Origin: Gnetum montanum
Taxonomy: Eukaryota > Plantae > Gnetophyta
Length of the DNA: 64,000 nt
NCBI GenBank assembly: GCA_015680685.1
Contig: MNCI01002587.1
Span: forward strand, 124,001 to 188,000
Reading direction: 5' to 3'
The position numbers and the translations under genes were made by a program. The notes below the pieces were generated by a model. That model saw only the letters and a program-made list of their open reading frames with translations, was not told the DNA's origin and did not search any database. Positions 39,465-52,449 of the stretch are shown piece after piece (the stretch's first letter is position 1; every line of letters starts with the position of its first letter).

Positions 39465-41565
39465 CCCTCACCCATGCCTATCAAGGTGGATCTATTATGG
39501 GTTTAAGCATCCCATGCCTAAAATAAGACGACCTAAGCATCCTATGCCAAATGTAGCAACTAGGTTTCAACATCAAAAAACACCAAGCCCTAATAGGGAT
39601 TAGAATCCATCATACTACCTTCCATACTTGGCAACAATTCTAAGTAAGAGTTCATCCACATTGGCCAGCATTGCTCAAGGGGGGATGACATTCACAAGCA
39701 TAAACCAAGCCATAATTTAACTCAAAAATGGTCTAACCAAGCCTAAAACCTCTACAGAAGCCTTTGGTAGCCTTTAAATCTTATCAAACCTAATCAAAAG
39801 TCTTAAAAACCATGAAATTTAGTGTAGCCACATTGAGGGTCATCCCATCCACACTAGCCCTAACGTGGTTAGGTGGGGTGCGACCATGAAATACTAAAAT
39901 TAACCTTCTAGTCGATACATCATGACCTTAACACCTCCTTGGAGTCCTCAATATCCAAATATTGAACAAAAATAAGTTAAATCTAGCGCCAAACCCCGAT
40001 GCCCATGTTGAGGAACCCCTCACCCACACTAGCTAGCATGGATCTAGTGTGGGTACCTTAGGGATGACTCATAAAAACCCATTAATACATCAAAATAGCC
40101 TTAAAACTCATCACTATGATCTTAAAACCTTCCCAAAGTCTCCAACCATTACACATCAAGTAAAAACTAGTCACACTTGACCACATACTACTTAATCGTG
40201 CTAAGGAAGGCTTCACCCATGCTGGCCAATGTGGATCTAGCATGGGTACCATGAAGAGAGCCCATGGGAAGCTCATAACTACACCACATTGACTTCAAGT
40301 TTCATTACATTGATCCTAGAATCCTGTCAAGGCCTCTAAAGGTCATTAAGCCCTATAAAACAAGCCCAAAGTAGTGAAAAGTTATCATTCCCCCTTCACC
40401 TATGCTAGGACCATGCTGGCCAATGTGGCCCAAGTGGAAATAACCAGAAAGAATATAAAAAAGCCTTAAAAATTGTCAATTTTGAGGCCAAATCCTAGCT
40501 ATTGACATCAACAACCCTAGGATCTTGAATACTTAGTTGATTTGGTACCAAAAACCACTAGAAGTTAGTGCTCCAATGTAGACATGCTAGGGAAGGCCAG
40601 AGCCATGTTGGCTAGCATGGCTCTAGTGTGGTTATGATTTTTTACTTATTTTGGTAGTACTTCAACACATAAAAAAACCTAGAACATATCCCAGTAGTGC
40701 CTCAGTCCCCAAGGCATTAAACTAATGATAATTTAGCCTTATTTCAACCATTAAAACCCATCATACCCCCTCACCCACGCTAGAGCAACATTGGCCAACA
40801 TGGCTAAGGGGGGTATAACCATACCAAAGATAAAAAACCATGAAACATGAGCAATTGTAAGCCTGAACCTCCAACATGACCACTGGAAACCTAGATACTT
40901 GAAAATTTAATTTCATTAGCTTTGAAACTCACTAGGAACCAAAAATCAAGTATATCCACACTAAACGACATTAGATCCATGCTAGTCGGTGTGGCCCTTG
41001 CATGAATAAGGTTCCTAACAAGCTTCTACCCATATGACACTCATCAAATGGACTTAAAACTTGATTTTGGGAGCATACAACTAGAAAACCCTGGATTCAA
41101 CTACAATTCGACCTTTTCTAACTCTACAATCACCAAGGCAAGGCTATCCACTCTAGCCAACATGGCTTTAAGGGGTAAGACCTCAAAACCCACTTTTGTT
41201 GTAAATTCTAACCTCCAGAATGATTAATTTTGACCATTATAACCTTATGTTATCCTCAGAATCCCATAGAACATTAATTTTTATCCTTTGGACACCATAT
41301 GTTAATTTTTCTCACACACCCACACTAGGGCCACGTTGGCCAATGTTGCTCCAACATGGATGGTAATTATAGGCTTCATGCATGACTTCCATTAGGTCAA
41401 ATTAATATCAAAAATTATAAATTTACTTCCCTAACATACTATTCTAATCATAAAAACTCTCAGGAATCCAAAACTTATCAAAATCAACCTAAGAAATCAT
41501 ATAACCACCTTGTGCATATTGGGGGTCACCCCACCCATGCTAGCTAGTGTGGGTCCAACATGGAT
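39465..41565. repeat. Phased array of palindrome CCACGCTGGCCAGCGTGG (decayed), 12 copies ~188 bp apart
   Basis: Copies at ~39471, 39656, 39849, 40024, 40217, 40411, 40603, 40787, 40977, 41148, 41331 and 41535, with dissimilar A-rich spacers. Confidence 0.8.
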
Positions 41566-43495
41566 GCCTAGAAAAACATCATTTTGACCGAAAACAACAT
41601 CAAAAGAGCCTTCTTGGATGCCCAAACTCACTTATCAACTTTGTAGCCTCTTACCATGGCCTTCTAAGGCCTAAAACGAGCAAAATCTAATCCTCATTGA
41701 TCCACATTAACCATGTTTTACCACATATTTTTCACATTGATAGATTTGGCCTTGCTTCAAAGAGTTTCAACTTATTTTGACCTTGTTATGAATCATAGAA
41801 TTTCATTGTCAACATTTAGTTGTCAATTGGTTTCATTCCATGCTATTTGGCCTTTGTTCCACCTTATCTACCTTATATCCTCTCTCATGACCCTTGTTGA
41901 CCATGCTTTGATATTGATTTTATGTGTTTTGACCCATATTTGCTTTATTGTTAGAGTATTTTGCATTGTTTTAACAATATTTTATTACATAGGTGCCACT
42001 TGATGTGCTTATGTTATCATGCAAGATTGATCTCGAAGGATGAGGGAGCAAATTTGACTAGCCTTAAAGCCTAAATGGATCCCTCTTGTAATGTTGTTAG
42101 ACTAAGTTGACCTAATGTACCCAAATCTTAAGCCTAAAATCATTCTACTATGTAGTCATAACACCTTGAAGTAGCCCAATGATCATTGACCTCAAAGGTG
42201 AAAACATCATGGAGGGTTCCTTAGTCAAAATTTCCATCTAAATCTTGATGGTGCGAAGAAAATACATGGAACCAAGTTCCTCACCAGAATTTAAACCTAT
42301 TGAAGAAAATATCAAACCCTTTTAGTGCAACATTGAAATCCATCACATGGCCCTTTATTACATTTAAGACTCACATGTTTGCTTGTAGTGTTGTTTATCA
42401 TTATTGAAAGGTTGCAACGAATGACTGATGTTAACAACTCTAATGATCTACAACAAGCATGCATGCATGCTCTGTGTGTGTGTGTGTGTGTGTTTAACAC
42501 AAAGAATGAACTACAAAACATTGTAAATATGATGCACATCACACAAATCCCTCAATGCTATGACAATGATAACCTATTGTGACATGGTCTACTAGTTGTT
42601 TCATGTGGCCTATGCACTTACTTTGTAACAACAACTTTTCTTTGTCTTGTTTTCTTGTTTTCTTCGAGTTGTTCTTGCAAGATGAAGCCTAAAGTCATCA
42701 CAAGGAGTACAACTCATCATGATAGCAAGTTACCACGTGACTTTGATACACAAGATTTGGTTAGCTTGTCCTACCATACCAAGAGTGCTTGTTTTACATC
42801 ATTTCCATTATCATTCCCTGTAGCCCAACCCTATAGCCTAATTATAGTCTTCCTTTCCATAAATAATAATGGTTACTAATTTTTTATGCACATGATATAT
42901 GGCCATTCAACATTTCCTGTATCATGCTCCATCATCAAGTTCATTAGATGTAACACATCTTGTTCAATAGAAAAAAAAATTAAATTTGGCCTTGACAAGA
43001 GAACCCAATGAAGGTTTCACCACACAAAGAAAATAAAGGGGGAAACATATGGCCAAGAAGCCAAAAGGTTAGTGAAGCTAAAAATATAAACCAAAGGTTC
43101 CAAATATGCAAAGGGAGGAGCCTAATAGCCAAGGAGACATAGGAGTATGATATTGGTCCCTCAAGAACATTACTGGGTGATCTTTATCTCAAAAACACAA
43201 AGCATGAAGACCTCATTTGTTAGTCAAAATTTCATTTCCATATCTATAGCCATGATTCCAACATTTGGAACTTATTGCTAACTCTTCTGACCACTTTCTC
43301 ATAACCAAATATAGTCTTTAATCTCTATCACCTCACCATAACCTTATCTCATCATCACAAGCACTCTTTGGCAAGGTTTGATAATACTAAATCAAGCATG
43401 AATAAGGAGCATTAATGATGGACCTATGATGGTGTTTTCTATTCTTTGTCAATGTCTCTCTAGTCCATCTTCCAAACATCAACAAAAGGGATCAA

Positions 43496-45001
43496 TGAAA
43501 CACCACCTAGAAAATTCATGTTGCAATCTCTTAGCATTACAACAATATTCTCCCACAAAATCCAAGGCTAAAAACTCTTTGTAATATACGAAGATTATAA
43601 TCCATGAGATGCAATTTCACATACTTTAACTTTTGAGGTGAAAAAATTCTTCATAAATTATTGTAGCCTGCTTCCCAAGTGGAACAAATCCTACCATGTC
43701 TATATTTTAACTTAGAAATGTCAAAAATGCCTTTTGAACTACCAAAATGGGCATTTTCATGAGTTTTTTGGGGTGTACAAACTTTGCTATGCTAGAGTCA
43801 CCTATGCTCACTAATGGAAGGTTTATCTCCTACAACCTAGCATTGCTCCTGTAGCTTAGTGTTGCTTCTGTAGCCTAGCATTGCTCCAATAGCCTCAACA
43901 TTGCTCCAATAGCCTAGTGTTGCTCCAGTAGCCTAGCATTGCTTTAGTAACCCAACATTGCTCTAGTAGCCTCAACGTTGCTCTAGTAGCCCAACATTAC
44001 TCCTACCACCCAACGGTGCTCTTACAACTCCAATGTTGCTCTTAAAAGACCAACAATTTTCACTACTCTCAACGTTGCTCCACAAAGCTAGCATTGGAGT
44101 GGTTGTGGGTTTGGTTTCTTCATAAAGCCAACGTTGCTACCACAAGACCAGCATTGATGGGTGAGCCTAGCATGGTTGGAAAATTTCATTTACTATTTAT
44201 GGTAAACAACATAGTTTTGATGACATAGAAGTATTTAAACTTATCATAAATGGAAACTACATTGAAACCAAAGGCATGATACACCTGTAAATTATACCAA
44301 TCTATCAATAATCATGGTAGAAATTTGCAATACCAAAACCAGTAACTCTATGACCTATAAATAAAAATTTCAAACACATTGAAGAGGTTTATTTTGATTC
44401 TTTTGGGGGTGGAGAAAATTTCACAACCTTGAGCACCAAGAAACCATTGGAATTTGTAAGAATTTTGGGGTAGATTGGCCTCTACTTGAACATTGGAGAC
44501 TCTCAGCATAGTACTATTTCACCAAAAGTTAAACATACCTTACCCACCTTTGTACCAATGTTGTAGATCCAATCTAAAAACCACCAAGGTGTTTTGGTGT
44601 TAGAAGTTGGGAAGTACATGGATCATGAAGCTGACTACAACACATAACCTACTAGCTTCAACAGCCTTCAAGATTTATCTAAGTAACTCCTTTGTGCATT
44701 TAGGCACACAACTTGTATACGTTGAACTCATACTTTGGAATATTTTTCATTATTTCAATAAAGTGTTTAGTTCATTCATTGTACAAGTTCATTCCATGAT
44801 TAATTTCTATGCTTTCCTTTTAATTATATTTGCATTTTATTTAAATTATTTATCTCATTTACACTTCCTAAGTTCCTAGGTGATCGACAAGACCATCCAA
44901 GGTGCCTTGGATCCTCTTTCTCGGAGGCCCTTGGGATCCAAGGTCAAGTTGTTTCATTGGAATTTTCAGTTTTCCAACAACCAAATTTTTTAGGCATTAC
45001 A
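43496..45001 (+). repeat. E4 3' LTR, with ~20-bp tandem repeat (cccagcgttgctcc-type) at 43835-44175
   Basis: PPT aaaagggatcaa + TGAAACACCACC; ctataaata ~44356; ends ...ggcattaca. Confidence 0.85.
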
Positions 45002-46341
45002 ATGAAGAAAAATTGTCTTAAGTTGATGGGATAAGATTCAAAACCTTGGTTATTTGCTATTAATGCATCATTAAGTCTACCATTTATTCCATCCAACCCT
45101 TCTCATGATTGTTCATATGTTCATCATTTAATTTTAATATGTAAGGTTCAAAACGTATGGTAATTACATGTTTACCCACATCATCCTCAGACATATATTA
45201 ATAATAGTAAGAATATGGATGATTCCTTCAAATGAATAACAAAGAAATTATATGCATAATAATTATTAAAGGATATGTTAATATAAATTTGTATTTTTCA
45301 TGGTGTTAAAATTGTTCATGTAGTAGACATGGTACCTTAAATCTTTAGCTTGATAATATTGCTTTTTATAGTTGAACATGAATCCATAGATGTTCAACTT
45401 CTAACTCACATTGGTGCACTTTTTTTTTTAAATTTTAAACAAATCCTTTATAGCCTAGAATAAATTTTTTATAGGCAGTAATTCTTTTCTTCGAATGTAC
45501 CTTCTATTTCATCATTAATTTATTGTCTTCTTCCTCAATGATGGGTTAAAAGCTAGTTAGTACCATGTAAGCTAGGTGTGTGTTGGAATTTTCCCTTTCT
45601 ATAATTCTTTATGATTATCTTCATCATTCTATGTGTTGAGAAAGGATTTTCCCTTTTCCTTGATTTCATTATTTTCTTGCAATCATTTAGCACTAGGATA
45701 TTCTAAGGCTAGATTTCCATGTGCCCCACACACCTCATTGCTTTAACATTTAGCGACATGTAACATTTAAAATATTATTAGTGAAGTTATATGTATTACC
45801 TTATTGCTTTCATACATATAATAAATGTCCTACCTTATAATGAATTTCCTGCATATAACTTTTAAAATATCACTTGTGAAGTTAGATGCCTTATCTTATT
45901 GCTTTCCTATTGATAATTATGTCTTGCCATTTTCACCTTCTTCCTTAATTTGGCTTGCCAAATAATTTTCATCTTCCTTGCAAATAGATCCATCATATTA
46001 TCATAAAAATCATCTATATTTGAGAACTTATCTTGTGTTTGGTATTTTCTTGATTTATATGTTTTTTAAGTTTTCTCTAACCATCAAAGCAATGGACTTT
46101 TTGTTGATTCCTTCTTTTTCTATTAGGTACATCTCAAAGGTAGTAGTTTGAAGCTCTTCAAATATCAAGGTACTAAAGTTTTTAGCTTCCTCCATGATGG
46201 TTACTTTAGGCTTGTACTTTGAAGTTAAAGTTTTGACAATATTATATACAAGCTTACTTTTAGTAAACTCTTTACCAATTTTCTGTATTAAACTCACAAG
46301 GTTACCTACTTGATTGGAGAATTAGTAAATCCTTTTATCTT
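45002..46341 (-). mobile_element. Ty1/copia gag remnant (oldest layer)
   Basis: KLVYNIVKTLTSKYKPKVTIMEEAKNFSTLIFEELQ matches the copia UBN2-type gag pattern KILRSL...KVTAIEEAKDL. Confidence 0.75.
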
Positions 46342-47419
46342 TGATAAGCAATGGGTAGTCGCTATGTTCAACCATATGAATCACAAGCATTCACATGTGA
46401 TCTAGTCAAATTCTAGGAACTTATTTACCTAAGTGGCTAATATTCCTAAATGTTGAATTATGTCATTTTAAGTAGTTATCTTCCCAACCCATACTTGTAT
46501 TAATCTATGCATACGGTTTAAGTGTAGTTGAGACATAAGATATCTATTTTTATAATTTTTATTATTTTACATTTTCATTACTAAATGATGAAATAAATAA
46601 AGACTTAATAATCAAATTAACTATCCTAATGTAAAGTATCCATTCCTACTTGTCATACACATCCTGAATCTATATTAATGTTTTCAGGTTACCAAGTGTA
46701 TATTACTGAGTATACCAAATATTCACTATTTGGATTACCAAATGTTAACACATCATGATCTAACTACTTGTATTTACATTCCTTATGAACAATAATATTA
46801 ATTACTTAATAATAAGAATGTAAATTGATAAAAAGTAGAATTATGCTAATCTAAGTGTTGCAATAAATAGAGGAAATCTCAATTTTATTTTCATCCATGA
46901 AAATGTGTCCACATACATATTCATTCAAATAAAATGATGTATAATGTCTTAAATCCACACTACGGGCACTCAAAGGAAAAATATTATCACATTCTCAAAA
47001 TGAAACTACAAGCATTTGGCTAACACTATAATCAAAAGATGTCATAGATGTAGGGGGTATGTGCATTTATATAGGCAACACCTACATTAGTGTCAATGTG
47101 CCTGTATGAGTGCATTAATGAGGATATGTTGATAGGGATGCATCGATGAGCACACATTGACATAGCCTATTTTATTAATGATTCATCATACCCTTATAAT
47201 TGACTAAAAACATGTCCTCAAGTGAACAAAATTGGGATCAAGTTTCTTACAAAATTTAGGAAAGTATTAGACTTTATTAATAAATAGACTAACTAATTAA
47301 ATCTAAGTAACTCTAAGTACCAGATTGTACACATTTACAAAAATGAGTGTACTTTTATGACAAAATTAGATACTTAGATAAAATTTTAACAAACACCTAT
47401 TAAATGGATGGAGACATGT

Positions 47420-50265
47420 TGAAACCTCATATGATGCCTGGAGGTGTGGGTTTTTATGGCTTGGATGGTCCTTCATCGCATCCCAATGCTATTAGAGGAT
47501 GAGGCTGCCCTACTATTACTGCTAGTGCTAGTGGAAGTTTAAAAGAATTTAGGAGTACTTTCATCTTCTCCTCCTTACTCCATGGATTTTAAATGGTATA
47601 GGTTGCTTTGCCTATATGAGCTAGTGTAGGAATATCCCAAGGGCATACCATTTAAAGAAACATTTCCTTCATGTTGATAAACTAGGCTATGAATGTATTA
47701 TGTTTAATATTAAACATCTTTATGAGGTTCTATAGCTCTTCGTAGTCATTCATCCTCTTTTCCAAGTTCTTAGAAATAGTTCATTGATTAGTGAACCTAC
47801 TTCTAAGAACTTCAAGCTCTACATTGGTTGTCTCCAACATTTTTTTTATTTCCTTATGAAGCTTGAACTCTGCCTCATAAAGGAGGTAGAAGCTAGTAGT
47901 CTGGTTTTCCAAGTTAGTTCTTGATCTTCCTACTATTAGAATTGCTAAGTTTTTATATTAGAGGTTGGCAAAATCAATGTACTTTGTCATCTCCTTAATA
48001 AAAAAATCATTTAAGAAAATTTCTTCCCTATTATATGCATTTAGTCTATCAAAGATGGACTTCCATACATCATCTCTTTGCTTGAGTTACTGAAGAACCT
48101 CATTCATCTTTACCTTAGCTAGTTTTATTTCCTTCTCATTAACTTCCTTGGCTATTCCAACCTAAGACTTGTAATTATTTATCATTATTTGAATTTTAGG
48201 GCCACATTCTTTGAGGTAGCTACCTCAATTGCAATCCTTTGGTGAATAGCACAAATCTCCTCCATCAAGAAATTCCTATTTTGCTATCAATCTTCTCAAG
48301 TCCAAGTTCACATTGGCAAAATTTATTCTATTGCTGGCATATATATTTGATCATCTTTTCCTTCTTCTACTTAGCATCCTGTAGATAATGATTTTCCTTC
48401 ATAAGAACCAATTTCTCCTTGCAAACTTGCGATAAGTCATTATCAAAATTATTGGGCATAGCCTCTAACATGAACATGGTGAAGTTCACCATATGTTTTG
48501 AATTTTTGACCTCTTGATATTTTTGTAGAATTTTTTGAAAAGCTTCATCTCATGAAATCTCTAACTAGAGAATGATAAGGATGGAGAGAAAAGCTCTTAA
48601 CTCTGCAACTTTAGTTGCCAGTGATTGATTGGTCATGGTGGCCTCCTTAAGCTATGCATTTGCAACCAACAACGTGCTCCTTATCTTGAGAAACTATGAC
48701 TATTTTTTAGTAATCTCATCCATGAGATCAAAGATCTCTAGAAGTAATTTCTCAACTCCTACTAGTCTTTCCAACACATCCTCATGTTGGGTAGTGCTTA
48801 TCTGACCACTGCATGCTCCTGCGAACACATGGATATCTACCATGGTAGCTATGTCTAGTACAAACACTATAGGAGCATTAAGGACTCTAGCTACTCAATT
48901 ACTCATGATCTCTACCACTATCTTTTGACCCTTGTGCAACATTACCAAGACCATTATCCTTTCACCTTCCTCTAATTTGGCAAGCAAGGTCACTTCATTT
49001 CCCAAAATTTCAAGAAATGCTTGTCCAAGAATGGACACAATGACTTTTCTTATACTTGGATGGGATCTCATGGGATTCTTGTTTTTGCTATGTAGAGAAT
49101 AGTGGTCTTGTCTCACTATACAACCACCTAATAATCCTTGCAACCTTATTTAGAGAACTCATGGCTAGATGATAGGCACATGACTCTTCACCACCTATAA
49201 ATCCTTACTGTTGTTTTAGCTACTACTCCTAAAATTTTTTGAGTTGTTCTATAGCTCCAAGAATCTCTAATGTGATTTCTAAAATTGTAGGTGATGGTAG
49301 TAACGGTAGCTCCTCTTCCTTTAGCATTTTTGCTACCTTACCCTTTATCATCTCTTTCCATGATCTAATAGGAGCATAGCGAACTACATTATTTAATTAG
49401 TGAGTCATCTACCTCTCCTTTTACTTAATTTTTGAAATAAGCATAATAAGAGGAGTGTCTTTCTATCCTTATTATTCTTAAAGCATTTCTTGATCTCCAA
49501 AAAGATGGGTTGGGGTAGGTTAATAGGAAATTTTCCACTTAGAGCCACACAAGCCCTAGTAGAGAAGATTGTCATGTTACATAACCTCACCATTTGGTTT
49601 AGGTAATAGGCTGCTATTTTGAAGTAAGCTCATTCCATCTTCATTAGGACATTCACTTCATAGTATCAATAGAACCATTTGTTTTTTGCTCCTAGGTTTT
49701 CCTATGTAGAAATTTTAGCATGTTTTTTTCCTAGTTTTGGAAAAACCAAGTGGTATAGCTATGGCCTCAACTAAATAAGAGATGGTGATGTATTTGATTC
49801 TCACCAACACATATCCTTGTTAGTTTTTCCAAAACAAGTATGTCTCCTCCCATGTCCCACTCTTCATTATTGGTGAGAATAGATCATAAGGGAGACCCCT
49901 ACAATTGTATTCTGAACTTCTTTGATACCAACTTCAATATGGATCCAATATTTAACCCCTATAGAATGAAACTTTGGACCTTCTTAGTCCTAATTCACTC
50001 TAGGAAAGCTTCTATAAGGGTGACCTTAAGGTTAGATCTTGGCCTGGAACCCTCATCCTACCTAGATTGACCTATCTCCATAGTGAAAATTTGCTGAATA
50101 GATTCCACTTTAGGTTCCCCTCAAAGTAGCCATGTAGTATGTGTTACCTTAGCTACTTATTCATGGGGTTGCTGTTGCTATTGTTATTAGTACCTTCCTC
50201 CTCAAGATTGCTTTTCCTTGGGTTGTAATGATCCTTCCACCTATGGTCTTTGTTTGGTGTCATCT
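47420..50265 (-). pseudogene. E5 3' accessory ORF remnant (plant transposon protein-like N-half, coiled-coil C-half)
   Basis: ORF pieces 49405-49593 and 48895-49143; homologous to E3 29110-30676. Confidence 0.6.
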
Positions 50266-52449
50266 ATGATCATAAGCATTATCCATGATTAGCTCTTTAG
50301 TTCATAACCTTTAGTCATTTCAATACCTTTCTTCATTAGATCATGTTAATTTATTAGGCATTAGGAGTGTATCATTTAAGTTCTTACTCATGATCATTGG
50401 CTATGTGTATTATTTTATTTCTACCTAATAGATTTTATTTATTGTTATTAACTCTTTATGGTAGTTAATTTAATATTATTTTAATAGCCTTATAATGAGT
50501 TTGAAAAATTTCAAAAAAATCTCTATGAAAAACATAAGATTTGTGTTCTTCACAATGTAAAGCATACCTCTAGTATCTCAAGGATTAAAAAGGGGTAAAA
50601 TCAAGTAAGCAGTTTGTAAGGTAGGATGCTTGAAAGGTTATTTGGCTCTAAAACATTGCAAAAAATCCTTTAGTGCTTTTTAAAAATGGTGAAAATGAGC
50701 TAAGTATCATGTGTATATATAGGATTTTTATACTACGTTCACGAGGATGTATCAATAGGGCTACATCAACTCATCCTACTACATTGATGAGGATGCATTG
50801 ATGTAGCTATTTGAAGCTATCTTTCACTTTTAGAACTAGAGGAATTTTGAGTGAGTTTTGGAATAAAACTAGAGCTCAATAAAAGCCAAAAAGATGTAGA
50901 ATGATAGCAACAACATGAAATAGGATAGGTTTGTCCAATGAAAAGTAATTCAAGTGTATTTGGATGAAGTCTATGATGATGATATAAGGCTATTTACAGC
51001 AAAATTAAATGCAAAAATTCTATCAAGAGAATTGATCAATCAAGTGACCCATGGTTAGGAAATTTAGCTTAAGGGAAACTAAAGGGATTTAAGTGAATTC
51101 TTCCCAAAGTAGTAGTATGTCTATTATTCCCTTGCATACCTTCATCCCAAAGAGTTCGTGGATCCTAAAGATGATGAATGATTGATTTAAGTTAAATTTC
51201 ATATGCATGAAAGGAATTGTCCAAGGATTATGACATTTAGAAAAAAACTAAATAATTGGCTAGGGTATGTGGTACTAAGGTAGTATAAAATGAGATTAAT
51301 AAGTGGTAGAGAGAGAGAATGGTAAATAGATAATCAACATCCTAGTCACAAGAGCTTCTTGGTAAAAATTATGTTTAAGATGATTTGATACCTATCTGTT
51401 CCAAGTCTAGACCAAGTTAATTTCACTTATAGTAACCCTTCATTAACATATCCCTCTTTTTGTCATTCAAAAGTCCATGATAACCATTACTATAAGAGAT
51501 GAAGAGAAATGAAGAAGGAAGTAAAGAGGGCCTTAGTTAGAGGGATGCCTTCATGCATGGATAACATGCCTTTCCAGCCCCATAACTAGTGCTTATATCC
51601 TATTTTTTATTATAAGGGATGTGCTTTGAATTTTTTTCATAGTTTCTGGTGTTGTTGCTTTTTTTTTCATGAAAACCTCACTGTGCAAAGACATGCTTCC
51701 TTTTATGATTGATAATAGAAGTGATAATATACCAGTGGATTATCATTGAACTTTCAAAAGAAAGTTGAGAGAAACACATCAAATTCCCATGATCTCACAC
51801 TCTTTTCCATTCTCTCTTGATCTTTTCTAAGTTTATTATGTAACACAATCATTGGTTACTCTTTAGTTGTAATATGAAAGAATCTTTTTACTTTCAAGAA
51901 TACTAATTTCTCATGGACCAATGAAATGGATGAATGTCGTGAACTCACTACATCATATCACTAGAAAATTGATAGTTTGTTAACAAAGATCATATTTCAA
52001 AGATAAAATATGGCCTATTCATTAATAGATCATAATATTGATAACTTCCTTGATTAACTTTTAAAATTCACAAAATCAATAAACAAAATAAAAAAATTTC
52101 AATAAGATAAGATGAAATTAATAAAGATGAAAATAAGAAGAAAATAAAGTATATAAAATAATTAATAAATTATTTAAGAAAATGAAAAACATATAAAAGA
52201 TGTTGAAAAAAATAGGTGTAAAAATTAGTTATCCTCATCAAGATATTAGTGTAGATGGCCATCTCCCCCATGACTATGTTAAGAGAATGAGATAGGAAAA
52301 ATAGAGTGTATCTATTCCTACATAGAAGTGTTAGTGTTACTTGTTAGTTTGGGTTCCATGAATTACTTAAGTTATTATATGTTAACTAGCATGTATTTTT
52401 TAGGGCTTGATAAATGGTAAATTGTCATGGCCCCAAAAGATAATGTTAA

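Larger units (their letters stand above)
27737..45001 (+). mobile_element. E4: older non-autonomous Tat/Ogre-like element (gag-protease, no RT/RH), interrupted by E3; 5' part displaced by E2
   Basis: gag-like sequence 27737-27995 resumes at 35892; PPT and TGAAACACCAC LTR at 43496. Confidence 0.8.
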
